Source: Lingula anatina (taxonomy: Eukaryota > Animalia > Brachiopoda). Taken from it: DNA of 64,000 nt. This document shows positions 1 to 15,000 of this stretch, piece by piece. Both the position numbers and the translations under genes were made by a program. Where the stretch lies: NCBI GenBank assembly GCA_051362555.1, contig CM120641.1, positions 24,000,401 through 24,064,400 on the forward strand, written 5' to 3'. Below the pieces are notes generated by a model. It saw only the letters and a list, made by a program, of their open reading frames with translations. It searched no databases and was not told the origin of the DNA. The stretch's first letter is position 1, and each line of letters starts with the position of its first letter.

Positions 1-3000
1 CGAAAATCACTCAAATTCACCCAAAAATGACCCGTCACCAATTTTTCCAAAAAGTGATGAAAATCAATTTACCACACCTATCATTCATAAAAAATGTGGA
101 AACGCGCCCGGATCACTACATTAAAGCCCCCAATTTCAGCTTTAAAGATTGCAAGAAAGCACACCTGAGAACAGGATTTGGAGGGGGGGGTGGAGAGAGT
201 TTTTGCTCTATTTCTTCCTTAATAATGATACAACCACTCTTTCAGTACTTTACCCTCACTACAAATGACCAAACACACCTACCTGACACAATATTGAAGA
301 AAAAAATTTTTCATCCCTACCTGGCCAAAATTGAAGAAAACTGCCATATCCGGACCTTACGAAAATCACTCAAAATCACCCAAAAATGACCCGTGACCAA
401 TTTTTCCAAAAAGTGATGAAAATCAATTTACCACACCTATCATTCATAAAAAATGTGGAAACTTGCCCAGATAACTTCATTAAAGCCCCCAATTTCAGCT
501 TTAAAGATTGCCAGAAAGCACACCTGAGAACAGGATTTGGAGAGGGGGGGGTGGAGAGAGTTTTTGCTCTATTTCTTCCTTAATAATGATACAACCACTC
601 TTTCAGTACTTTACCCTCACTACAAATGACCAAACACACCTACCTGACACAATGTTGAAGAAAAAAATTTTTCATCCCTACCTGGCCAAAATTGAAGAAA
701 ACTGCCATATCCGGACCTTACGAAAATCACTCAAAATCACCCAAAAATGACCCGTGACAAATTTTTCCAAAAAGTTATGAAAATCAATTTACCACACCTA
801 TCATTCATAAAAAATGTGGAAACGCACCCGGATCACTTCATTAAAGCCCCCAATTTCAGCTTTAAAGATTGCAAGAAAGCACACCTGAGAACAGGATTTG
901 GAGAGGGGGGGGGGGGTGGAGAGAGTTTTTGCTCTATTTCTTCCTTAATAATGATACAACCACTCTTTCAGTACTTTACCCTCACTACAAATGACCAAAC
1001 ACACCTACCTGACACAATATTGAAGAAAAAAAAATTTTCATCCCTACCTGGCCAAAATTGAAGAAAACTGCCATATCCGGACCTTACGAAAATCACTCAA
1101 AATCACCCAAAAATGACCCGTCACAAATTTTTCCAAAAAGTGATGAAAATCAATTAACCACACCTATCATTCATAAAAAATGTGGAAACGCGCCCGGATC
1201 ACTACATTAAAGCCTCCAATTTCAGCTTTAAAGATTGCAAGAAAGCACACCTGAGAACAGGATTTGGAGAGGGGGGGGGGTGGAGAAAGATTTTGCTCTA
1301 TTTCTTCCTTAATAATGATACAACCACTCTTTCAGTACCTTACCCTCACTACAAATGACCAAACACACGTACCTGACACAATATTGAAGAAAAAAATTTT
1401 TCATCCCTACCTGGCCAAAATTGAAGAAAACTGCCAAACCCGGACCTTACGAAAATCACTCAAAATCACCCAAAAAAGACCCGTCACAAATTTTTCCAAA
1501 ATGAAAATCAATTTACCACACCTATCATTCATAAAAAATGTGGAAATGCGCCCGGATCACTACATTAAAGCCCCCAATTTCAGCTTTGAAAGATTGCCAG
1601 AAAGCACACCTGAGAACAGGATTTGGAGGGGGGGGTGGAGAGAGTTTTTGCTCTATTTCTTCCTTACTAATGATACAACCACTCTTTCAGTACTTTACCC
1701 TCACTACAAATGACCAAACACACCTACCTGACACAATATTGAAGAAAAAAATTTTTCATCCCTACCTGGCCAAAATTGAAGAAAACTGCCATATCCGGAC
1801 CTTACGAAAATCACTCAAATTCACCCAAAAATGACCCGTCACCAATTTTTCCAAAAAGTGATGAAAATCAATTTACCACACCTATCATTCATAAAAAATG
1901 TGGAAACGCGCCCGGATCACTACATTAAAGCCCCCAATTTCAGCTTTAAAGATTGCAAGAAAGCACACCTGAGAACAGGATTTGGAGAGGGGGGGTGGAG
2001 AGAGTTTTTGCTCTATTTCTTCCTTAATAATGATACAACCACTCTTTCAGTACTTTACCCTCACTACAAATGACCAAACACACCTACCTGACACAATATT
2101 GAAGAAAAAAATTTTTCATCCCTACCTGGCCAAAATTGAAGAAAACTGCCATATCCGGACCTTACGAAAATCACTCAAAATCACCCAAAAATGACCCGTC
2201 ACCAATTTTTCCAAAAAGTGATGAAAATCAATTTACCACACCTATCATTCATAAAAAATGTGGAAACGCGCCCGGATCACTACATTAAAGCCCCCAATTT
2301 CAGCTTTAAAGATTGCCAGAAAGCACACCTGAGAACAGGATTTGGAGGGGGGGGGGGGTGGAGAGAGTTTTTGCTCTATTTCTTCCTTAATAATGATACA
2401 ACCACTCTTTCAGTACTTTACCCTCACTACAAATGACCAAACACACCTACCTGACACAATATTGAAGAAAAAAATTTTTCATCCCTACCTGGCCAAAATT
2501 GAAGAAAACTGCCATATCCGGACCTTACGAAAATCACTCAAATTCACCCAAAAATGACCCGTCACCAATTTTTCCAAAAAGTGATGAAAATCAATTTACC
2601 ACACCTATCATTCATAAAAAATGTGGAAACGCGCCCGGATCACTACATTAAAGCCCCCAATTTCAGCTTTAAAGATTGCAAGAAAGCACACCTGAGAACA
2701 GGATTTGGAGAGGGGGGGGGGGGGGTGGAGAGAGTTTTTGCTCTATTTCTTCCTTAATAATGATACAACCACTCTTTCTATACTTTACCCTCACTACAAA
2801 TGACCAAACACACCTACCTGACACAATATTGAAGAAAAAAATTTTTCATCCCTACCTGGCCAAAATTGAAGAAAACTGCCATATCCGGACCTTACGAAAA
2901 TCACTCAAAATCACCCAAAAATGACCCGTCACAAATTTTTCCAAAAAGTGATGAAAATCAATTTACCACACCTATCATTCATAAAAAATGTGGAAACGTG

Positions 3001-6000
3001 CCCAGATAACTTCATTAAAGCCCCCAATTTCAGCTTTAAAGATTGCCAGAAAGCACACCTGAGAACAGGATTTGGAGAGGGGGGGGGGTGGAGAGAGTTT
3101 TTGCTCTATTTCTTCCTTAATAATGATACAACCACTCTTTCAGTACTTTACCCTAACTACAAATGACCAAACACACCTACCTGACACAATGTTGAAGAAA
3201 AAAATTTTTCATCCCTACCTGGCCAAAATTGAAGAAAACTGCCATATCCGGACCTTACGAAAATCACTCAAAATCACCCAAAAATGACCCGTCACCAATT
3301 TTTCCAAAAAGTGATGAAAATCAATTTACCACACCTATCATTCATAAAAAATGTGGAAACGTGCCCAGATAACTTCATTAAAGCCCCCAATTTCAGCTTT
3401 AAAGATTGCCAGAAAGCACACCTGAGAACAGGATTTGGAGAGGGGGGGGTGGAGAGAGTTTTTGCTCTATTTCTTCCTTAATAATGATACAACCACTCTT
3501 TCAGTACTTTACCCTCACTACAAATGACCAAACACACCTACCTGACACAATATTGAAGAAAAAAATTTTTCATCCCTACCTGGCCAAAATTGAAGAAAAC
3601 TGCCATATCCGGACCTTACGAAAATCACTCAAAATCACCCAAAAATGACCCGTCACAAATTTTTCCAAAAAGTGATGAAAATCAATTTACCACACCTATC
3701 ATTCATAAAAAATGTGGAAACGCGCCCGGATCACTACATTAAAGCCTCCAATTTCAGCTTTAAAGATTGCAAGAAAGCACACCTGAGAACAGGATTTGGA
3801 GAGGGGGGGGGGTGGAGAAAGATTTTGCTCTATTTCTTCCTTAATAATGATACAACCACTCTTTCAGTACCTTACCCTCACTACAAATGACCAAACACAC
3901 CTACCTGACACAATATTGAAGAAAAAAATTTTTCATCCCTACCTGGCCAAAATTGAAGAAAACTGCCAAACCCGGACCTTACGAAAATCACTCAAAATCA
4001 CCCAAAAATGACCCGTCACAAATTTTTCCAAAATGAAAATCAATTTACCACACCTATCATTCATAAAAAATGTGGAAATGCGCCCGGATCACTACATTAA
4101 AGCCCCCAATTTCAGCTTTAAAGATTGCCAGAAAGCACACCTGAGAACAGGATTTGGAGGGGGGGGTGGAGAGAGTTTTTGCTCTATTTCTTCCTTACTA
4201 ATGATACAACCACTCTTTCAGTACTTTACCCTCACTACAAATGACCAAACACACCTACCTGACACAATATTGAAGAAAAAAATTTTTCATCCCTACCTGG
4301 CCAAAATTGAAGAAAACTGCCATATCCGGACCTTACGAAAATCACTCAAATTCACCCAAAAATGACCCGTCACCAATTTTTCCAAAAAGTGATGAAAATC
4401 AATTTACCACACCTATCATTCATAAAAAATGTGGAAACGCGCCCGGATCACTACATTAAAGCCCCCAATTTCAGCTTTAAAGATTGCCAGAAAGCACACC
4501 TGAGAACAGGATTTGGAGAGGGGGGGGGGGGTGGAGAGAGTTTTTGCTCTATTTCTTCCTTAATAATGATACAACCACTCTTTCAGTACTTTACCCTCAC
4601 TACAAATGACCAAACACACCTACCTGACACAATATTGAAGAAAAAAATTTTTCATCCCTACCTGGCCAAAATTGAAGAAAACTGCCATATCCGGACCTTA
4701 CGAAAATCACTCAAAATCACCCAAAAATGACCTGTCACAAATTTTTCCAAAAAGTTATGAAAATCAATTTACCACACCTATCATTCATAAAAAATGTGGA
4801 AACGTGCCCGGATCACTTCATTAAAGCCCCCAATTTCAGCTTTAAAGATTGCCAGAAAGCACACCTGAGAACAGGATTTGGAGAGGGGGGGGTGGAGAGA
4901 GTTTTTGCTCTATTTCTTCCTTAATAATGATACAACCACTCTTTCAGTACTTTACCCTCACTACAAATGACCAAACACACCTACCTGACACAATGTTGAA
5001 GAAAAAAATTTTTCATCCCTACCTGGCCAAAATTGAAGAAAACTGCCATATCCGGACCTTACGAAAATCACTCAAAATCGCCCAAAAATGACCCGTGACA
5101 AATTTTTCCAAAAAGTTATGAAAATCAATTTACCACACCTATCATTCATAAAAAATGTGGAAACGCGCCCGGATCACTTCATTAAAGCCCCCAATTTCAG
5201 CTTTAAAGATTGCAAGAAAGCACACCTGAGAACAGGATTTGGAGAGGGGGGGGGGTGGAGAGAGTTTTTGCTCTATTTCTTCCTTAATAATGATACAACC
5301 ACTCTTTCAGTACTTTACCCTCACTACAAATGACCAAACACACCTACCTGACACAATATTGAAGAAAAAAAATTTTCATCCCTACCTGGCCAAAATTGAA
5401 GAAAACTGCCATATCTGGACCTTACAAAAATCACTCAAAATCACCCAAAAATGACCCGTCACCAATTTTTCCAAAAAGTGATGAAAATCAATTTACCACA
5501 CCTATCATTCATAAAAAATGTGGAAACGCACCCGGATCACTTCATTAAAGCCCCCAATTTCAGCTTTAAAGATTGCCAGAAAGCACACCTGAGAACAGGA
5601 TTTGGAGAGTGGGGGGGTGGAGAGAGTTTTTGCTCTATTTCTTCCTTACTAATGATACAACCACTCTTTCAGTACTTTACCCTCACTACAAATGACCAAA
5701 CACACCTACCTGACACAATATTGAAGAAAAAAAATTTTCATCCCTACCTGGCCAAAATTGAAGAAAACTGCCAAACCCGGACCTTACGAAAATCACTCAA
5801 AATCACCCAAAAATGACCCGTCACAAATTTTTCCAAAATGAAAATCAATTTACCACACCTATCATTCATAAAAAATGTGGAAATGCGCCCGGATCACTAC
5901 ATTAAAGCCCCCAATTTCAGCTTTAAAGATTGCAAGAAAGCACACCTGAGAACAGGATTTGGAGAGGGGGGGGGGTGGAGAGAGTTTTTGCTCTATTTCT

Positions 6001-9000
6001 TCCTTAATAATGATACAACCACTCTTTCAGTACTTTACCCTCACTACAAATGACCAAACACACCTACCTGACACAATATTGAAGAAAAAAAATTTTCATC
6101 CCTACCTGGCCAAAATTGAAGAAAACTGCCATATCCGGACCTTACGAAAATCACTCAAAATCACCCAAAAATGACCCGTCACAAATTTTTCCAAAAAGTG
6201 ATGAAAATCAATTTACCACACCTATCATTCATAAAAAATGTGGAAACGCACCCGGATCACTTCATTAAAGCCCCCAATTTCAGCTTTAAAGATTGCCAGA
6301 AAGCACACCTGAGAACAGGATTTGGAGGGGGGGGGGGGGTGGAGAGAGTTTTTGCCCTATTTCTTCCTTACTAATGATACAACCACTCTTTCAGTACTTT
6401 ACCCTCACTACAAATGACCAAACACACCTACCTGACACAATATTGAAGAAAAAAATTTTTCATCCCTACCTGGCCAAAATTGAAGAAAACTGCCATATCC
6501 GGACCTTACGAAAATCACTCAAATTCACCCAAAAATGACCCGTCACCAATTTTTCCAAAAAGTGATGAAAATCAATTTACCACACCTATCATTCATAAAA
6601 AATGTGGAAACGCGCCCGGATCACTACATTAAAGCCCCCAATTTCAGCTTTAAAGATTGCAAGAAAGCACACCTGAGAACAGGATTTGGAGAGGGGGGGG
6701 TGGAGAGAGTTTTTGCTCTATTTCTTCCTTAATAATGATACAACCACTCTTTCAGTACTTTACCCTCACTACAAATGACCAAACACACCTACCTGACACA
6801 ATGTTGAAGAAAAACATTTTTCATCCCTACCTGGCCAAAATTGAAGAAAACTGCCATATCCGGACCTTACGAAAATCACTCAAAATCACCCAAAAATGAC
6901 CCGTCACAAATTTTTCCAAAAAGTTATGAAAATCAATTTACCACACCTATCATTCATAAAAAATGTGGAAACGCGCCCGGATCACTTCACTAAAGCCCCC
7001 AATTTCTGCTTTAAAGATTGCCAGAAAGCACACATGAGAACAGGATTTGGAGAGGGGGGGGGGGTGGAGAGAGTTTTTGCTTTATTTCTTCCTTAATAAA
7101 GATACAACCACTCTTTCAGTACTTTACCCTCACTACAAATGACCAAACACACCTACCTGACACAATATTGAAGAAAAAAAATTTTCATCCCTACCTGGCC
7201 AAAATTGAAGAAAACTGCCATATCCGAACCTTACTAAAATCACTCAAAATCACCCAAAAATGACCCGTCACCAATTTTTCCAAAAAGTGATGAAAATCAA
7301 TTTACCACACCTATCATTCATAAAAAATGTGGAAACGCACCCGGATCACTTCATTAAAGCCCCCAATTTCAGCTTTAAAGATTGCCAGAAAGCACACCTG
7401 AGAACAGGATTTGGAGAGTGGGGGGGTGGAGAGAGTTTTTGCTCTATTTCTTCCTTACTAATGATACAACCACTCTTTCAGTACTTTACCCTCACTACAA
7501 ATGACCAAACACACCTACCTGACACAATATTGAAGAAAAAAATTTTTCATCCCTACCTTGCCAAATTTGAAGAAAACTGCCATATCCGGACCTTACGAAA
7601 ATCACTCAAATTCACCCAAAAATGACCCGTCACCAATTTTTCCAAAAAGTGATGAAAATCAATTTACCACACCTATCATTCATAAAAAATGTGGAAACGC
7701 GCCCGGATCACTACATTAAAGCCCCCAATTTCAGCTTTAAAGATTGCAAGAAAGCACACCTGAGAACAGGATTTGGAGAGGGGGGGGGTGGAGAGAGTTT
7801 TTGCTCTATTTCTTCCTTAATAATGATACAACCACTCTTTCAGTACTTTACCCTCACTACAAATGACCAAACACACCTACCTGACACAATATTGAAGAAA
7901 AAAATTTTTCATCCCTACCTTGCCAAAATTGAAGAAAACTGCCATATCCGGACCTTACGAAAATCACTCAAATTCACCCAAAAATGACCCGTCACCAATT
8001 TTTCCAAAAAGTGATGAAAATCAATTTACCACACCTATCATTCATAAAAAATGTGGAAACGCGCCCGGATCACTACATTAAAGCCCCCAATTTCAGCTTT
8101 AAAGATTGCAAGAAAGCACACCTGAGAACAGGATTTGGAGAGGGGGGGGTGGAGAGAGTTTTTGCTCTATTTCTTCCTTAATAATGATACAACCACTCTT
8201 TCAGTACTTTACCCTCACTACAAATGACCAAACACACCTACCTGACACAATATTGAAGAAAAAAATTTTCATCCCTACCTGGCCAAAATTGAAGAAAACT
8301 GCCATATCCGGACCTTACGAAAATCACTCAAATTCACCCAAAAATGACCCGTCACCAATTTTTCCAAAAAGTGATGAAAATCAATTTACCACACCTATCA
8401 TTCATAAAAAATGTGGAAACGCGCCCGGATCACTACATTAAAGCCCCCAATTTCAGCTTTAAAGATTGCAAGAAAGCACACCTGAGAACAGGATTTGGAG
8501 AGGGGGGGGTGGAGAGAGTTTTTGCTCTATTTCTTCCTTAATAATGATACAACCACTCTTTCAGTACTTTACCCTCACTACAAATGACCAAACACACCTA
8601 CCTGACACAATATTGAAGAAAAAAATTTTTCATCCCTACCTGGCCAAAATTGAAGAAAACTGCCATAATCGGACCTTACGAAAATCACTCAAAATCACCC
8701 AAAAATGACCCGTGACCAATTTTTCCAAAAAGTGATGAAAATCAATTTACCACACCTATCATTCATAAAAAATGTGGAAACTTGCCCAGATAACTTCATT
8801 AAAGCCCCCAATTTCAGCTTTAAAGATTGCCAGAAAGCACACCTGAGAACAGGATTTGGAGAGGGGGGGGTGGAGAGAGTTTTTGCTCTATTTCTTCCTT
8901 AATAATGATACAACCACTCTTTCAGTACTTTACCCTCACTACAAATGACCAAACACACCTACCTGACACAATGTTGAAGAAAAAAATTTTTCATCCCTAC

Positions 9001-12000
9001 CTGGCCAAAATTGAAGAAAACTGCCATATCCGGACCTTACGAAAATCACTCAAAATCACCCAAAAATGACCCGTCACCAATTTTTCCAAAAAGTTATGAA
9101 AATCAATTTACCACACCTATCATTCATAAAAAATGTGGAAACGCACCCGGATCACTTCATTAAAGCCCCCAATTTCAGCTTTAAAGATTGCAAGAAAGCA
9201 CACCTGAGAACAGGATTTGGAGAGGGGGGGGGGTGGAGAGAGTTTTTGCTCTATTTCTTCCTTAATAATGATACAACCACTCTTTCAGTACTTTACCCTC
9301 ACTACAAATGACCAAACACACCTACCTGACACAATATTGAAGAAAAAAAATTTTCATCCCTACCTGGCCAAAATTGAAGAAAACTGCCATATCCGGACCT
9401 TACGAAAATCACTCAAAATCACCCAAAAATGACCCGTCACAAATTTTTCCAAAAAGTGATGAAAATCAATTTACCACACCTATCATTCATAAAAAATGTG
9501 GAAACGCACCCGGATCACTTCATTAAAGCCCCCAATTTCAGCTTTAAAGATTGCCAGAAAGCACACCTGAGAACAGGATTTGGAGGGGGGGGGGGGGGTG
9601 GAGAGAGTTTTTGCCCTATTTCTTCCTTACTAATGATACAACCACTCTTTCAGTACTTTACCCTCACTACAAATGACCAAACACACCTACCTGACACAAT
9701 ATTGAAGAAAAAAATTTTTCATCCCTACCTGGCCAAAATTGAAGAAAACTGCCATATCCGGACCTTACGAAAATCACTCAAATTCACCCAAAAATGACCC
9801 GTCACCAATTTTTCCAAAAAGTGATGAAAATCAATTTACCACACCTATCATTCATAAAAAATGTGGAAACGCGCCCGGATCACTACATTAAAGCCCCCAA
9901 TTTCAGCTTTAAAGATTGCAAGAAAGCACACCTGAGAACAGGATTTGGAGAGGGGGGGGTGGAGAGAGTTTTTGCTCTATTTCTTCCTTAATAATGATAC
10001 AACCACTCTTTCAGTACTTTACCCTCACTACAAATGACCAAACACACCTACCTGACACAATGTTGAAGAAAAACATTTTTCATCCCTACCTGGCCAAAAT
10101 TGAAGAAAACTGCCATATCCGGACCTTACGAAAATCACTCAAAATCACCCAAAAATGACCCGTCACAAATTTTTCCAAAAAGTTATGAAAATCAATTTAC
10201 CACACCTATCATTCATAAAAAATGTGGAAACGCGCCCGGATCACTTCACTAAAGCCCCCAATTTCTGCTTTAAAGATTGCCAGAAAGCACACATGAGAAC
10301 AGGATTTGGAGAGGGGGGGGGGGGGTGGAGAGAGTTTTTGCTCTATTTCTTCCTTAATAAAGATACAACCACTCTTTCAGTACTTTACCCTCACTACAAA
10401 TGACCAAACACACCTACCTGACACAATATTGAAGAAAAAAAATTTTCATCCCTACCTGGCCAAAATTGAAGAAAACTGCCATATCCGAACCTTACTAAAA
10501 TCACTCAAAATCACCCAAAAATGACCCGTCACCAATTTTTCCAAAAAGTGATGAAAATCAATTTACCACACCTATCATTCATAAAAAATGTGGAAACGCA
10601 CCCGGATCACTTCATTAAAGCCCCCAATTTCAGCTTTAAAGATTGCCAGAAAGCACACCTGAGAACAGGATTTGGAGAGTGGGGGGGTGGAGAGAGTTTT
10701 TGCTCTATTTCTTCCTTACTAATGATACAACCACTCTTTCAGTACTTTACCCTCACTACAAATGACCAAACACACCTACCTGACACAATATTGAAGAAAA
10801 AAATTTTTCATCCCTACCTTGCCAAAATTGAAGAAAACTGCCATATCCGGACCTTACGAAAATCACTCAAATTCACCCAAAAATGACCCGTCACCAATTT
10901 TTCCAAAAAGTGATGAAAATCAATTTACCACACCTATCATTCATAAAAAATGTGGAAACGCGCCCGGATCACTACATTAAAGCCCCCAATTTCAGCTTTA
11001 AAGATTGCAAGAAAGCACACCTGAGAACAGGATTTGGAGAGGGGGGGGGTGGAGAGAGTTTTTGCTCTATTTCTTCCTTAATAATGATACAACCACTCTT
11101 TCAGTACTTTACCCTCACTACAAATGACCAAACACACCTACCTGACACAATATTGAAGAAAAAAAATTTTCATCCCTACCTGGCCAAAATTGAAGAAAAC
11201 TGCCATATCCGGACCTTACGAAAATCACTCAAAATCACCCAAAAATGACCTGTCACAAATTTTTCCAAAAAGTTATGAAAATCAATTTACCACACCTATC
11301 ATTCATAAAAAATGTGGAAACGCGCCCGGATCTCTACATTAAAGCCTCCAATTTCAGCTTTAAAGATTGCAAGAAAGCACACCTGAGAACAGGATTTGGA
11401 GAGGGGGGGGGTGGAGAAAGATTTTGCTCTATTTCTTCCTTAATAATGATACAACCACTCTTTCAGTACCTTACCCTCACTACAAATGACCAAACACACC
11501 TACCTGACACAATGTTGAAGAAAAACATTTTTCATCCCTACCTGGCCAAAATTGAAGAAAACTGCCATATCCGGACCTTACGAAAATCACTCAAAATCAC
11601 CCAAAAATGACCCGTCACCAATTTTTCCAAAAAGTGATGAAAATCTATTTACCACACCTATCATTCATAAAAAATGTGGAAACTTGCACAGATAACTTCA
11701 TTAAAGCCCCCAATTTCAGCTTTAAAGATTGCCAGAAAGCACACCTGAGAACAGGATTTGGAGAGGGGGGGGTGGAGAGAGTTTTTGCTCTATTTCTTCC
11801 TTATGATACAACCACTCTTTCAGTACTTTACCCTCACTACAAATGACCAAACACACCTACCTGACACAATATTGAAGAAAAAAATTTTTCATCCCTACCT
11901 GGCCAAAATTGAAGAAAACTGCCAAACCCGGACCTTACGAAAATCACTCAAAATCACCCAAAAATGACCCGTCACAAATTTTTCCAAAATGAAAATCAAT

Positions 12001-15000
12001 TTACCACACCTATCATTCATAAAAAATGTGGAAATGCGCCCGGATCACTACATTAAAGCCCCCAATTTCAGCTTTAAAGATTGCCAGAAAGCACACCTGA
12101 GAACAGGATTTGGAGGGGGGGGGTGGAGAGAGTTTTTGCTCTATTTCTTCCTTAATAATGATACAACCACTCTTTCAGTACTTTACCCTCACTACAAATG
12201 ACCAAACACACCTACCTGACACAATGTTGAAGAAAAACATTTTTCATCCCTACCTGGCCAAAATTGAAGAAAACTGCTATATCCGGACCTTACGAAAATC
12301 ACTCAAAATCACCCAAAAATGACCCGTCACAAATTTTTCCAAAAAGTTATGAAAATCAATTTACCACACCTATCATTCATAAAAAATGTGGAAACGCGCC
12401 CGGATCACTTCATTAAAGCCCCCAATTTCAGCTTTAAAGATTGCCAGAAAGCACACCTGAGAACAGGATTTGGAGAGGGGGGGGGTGGAGAGAGTTTTTG
12501 CTCTATTTCTTCCTTAATAAAGATACAACCACTCTTTCAGTACTTTACCCTCACTACAAATGACCAAACACACCTACCTGACACAATATTGAAGAAAAAA
12601 ATTTTTCATCCCTACCTGGCCAAAATTGAAGAAAACTGCCATATGCGGACCTTACAAAAATCACTCAAAATCACCCAAAAATGACCCGTCACCAATTTTT
12701 CCAAAAAGTGATGAAAATCAATTTACCACACCTATCATTCATAAAAAATGTGGAAACGCACCCGGATCACTTCATTAAAGCCCCCAATTTCAGCTTTAAA
12801 GATTGCCAGAAAGCACACCTGAGAACAGGATTTGGAGAGTGGGGGGGTGGAGAGAGTTTTTGCTCTATTTCTTCCTTACTAATGATACAACCACTCTTTC
12901 AGTACTTTACCCTCACTACAAATGACCAAACACACCTACCTGACACAATATTGAAGAAAAAAATTTTTCATCCCTACCTGGCCAAAATTGAAGAAAACTG
13001 CCATATCCGGACCTTATGAAAATCACTCAAAATCACCCAAAAATGACCCGTCACAAATTTTTCCAAAAAGTGATGAAAATCAATTTACCACACCTATCAT
13101 TCATAAAAAATGTGGAAACGCGCCCGGATCACTACATTAAAGCCTCCAATTTTAGCTTTAAAGATTGCAAGAAAGCACACCTGAGAACAGGATTTGGAGA
13201 GGGGGGGGGTGGAGAAAGATTTTGCTCTATTTCTTCCTTAATAATGATACAACCACTCTTTCAGTACCTTACCCTCACTACAAATGACCAAACACACCTA
13301 CCTGACACAATATTGAAGAAAAAAATTTTTCATCCCTACCTGGCCAAAATTGAAGAAAACTGCCATATCCGGACTTTACGAAAATCACTCAAAATCATCC
13401 AAAAATGACCCGTCACAAATTTTTCCAAAAAGTTATGAAAATCAATTTACCACACCTATCATTCATAAAAAATGTGGAAACGCGCCCGGATCCCTTCATT
13501 AAAGCCCCCAATTTCAGCTTTAAAGATTGCCAGAAAGCACACCTGAGAACAGGATTTGGAGAGGGGGGGGTGGAGAGAGTTTTTGCTCTATTTCTTCCTT
13601 AATAATGATACAACCACTCTTTCAGTACTTTACCCTCACTACAAATGACCAAACACACCTACCTGACACAATGTTGAAGAAAAAAATTTTTTATCCCTAC
13701 CTGGCCAAAATTGAAGAAAACTGCCATATCCGGACCTTACGAAAATCACTCAAAATCAACCAAAAATGACCCGTCACCAATTTTTCCAAAAAGTGATGAA
13801 AATCAATTAACCACACCTATCATTCATAAAAAATGTGGAAACGTGCCCAGATAACTTCATTAAAGCCCCCAATTTCAGCTTTAAAGATTGCCAGAAAGCA
13901 CACCTGAGAACAGGATTTGGAGAGGGGGGGGTGGAGAGAGTTTTTGCTCTATTTCTTCCTTAATAATGATACAACCACTCTTTCAGTACTTTACCCTCAC
14001 TACAAATGACCAAACACACCTACCTGACACAATATTGAAGAAAAAAATTTTTCATCCCTACCTGGCCAAAATTGAAGAAAACTGCCATATCCGGACCTTA
14101 CGAAAATCACTCAAAATCACCCAAAAATGACTCGTCACAAATTTTTCCAAAAAGTTATGAAAATCAATTTACCACACCTATCATTCATAAAAAATGTGGA
14201 AACGTGCCCGGATCCCTTCATTAAAGCCCCCAATTTCAGCTTTAAAGATTGCCAGAAAGCACACCTGAGAACAGGATTTGGAGAGGGGGGGGTGGAGAGA
14301 GTTTTTGCTCTATTTCTTCCTTAATAATGATACAACCACTCTTTCAGTACTTTACCCTCACTACAAATGACCAAACACACCTACCTGACACAATGTTGAA
14401 GAAAAAAATTTTTTATCCCTACCTGGCCAAAATTGAAGAAAACTGCCATATCCGGACCTTACGAAAATCACTCAAAATCAACCAAAAATGACCCGTCACC
14501 AATTTTTCCAAAAAGTGATGAAAATCAATTTACCACACCTATCATTCATAAAAAATGTGGAAACGTGCCCAGATAACTTCATTAAAGCCCCCAATTTCAG
14601 CTTTAAAGATTGCCAGAAAGCACACCTGAGAACAGGATTTGGAGAGGGGGGGGTGGAGAGAGTTTTTGCTCTATTTCTTCCTTAATAATGATACAACCAC
14701 TCTTTCAGTACTTTACCCTCACTACAAATGACCAAACACACCTACCTGACACAATATTGAAGAAAAAAATTTTTCATCCCTACCTAGCCAAAATTGAAGA
14801 AAACTGCCAAACCCGGACCTTACGAAAATCACTCAAAATCACCCAAAAATGACCCGTCACAAATTTTTCCAAAAAGTTATGAAAATCAATTTACCACACC
14901 TATCATTCATAAAAAATGTGGAAACGTGCCCAGATCACTTCATTAAAGCCCCCAATTTCAGCTTTAAAGATTGCCAGAAAGCACACCTGAGAACAGGATT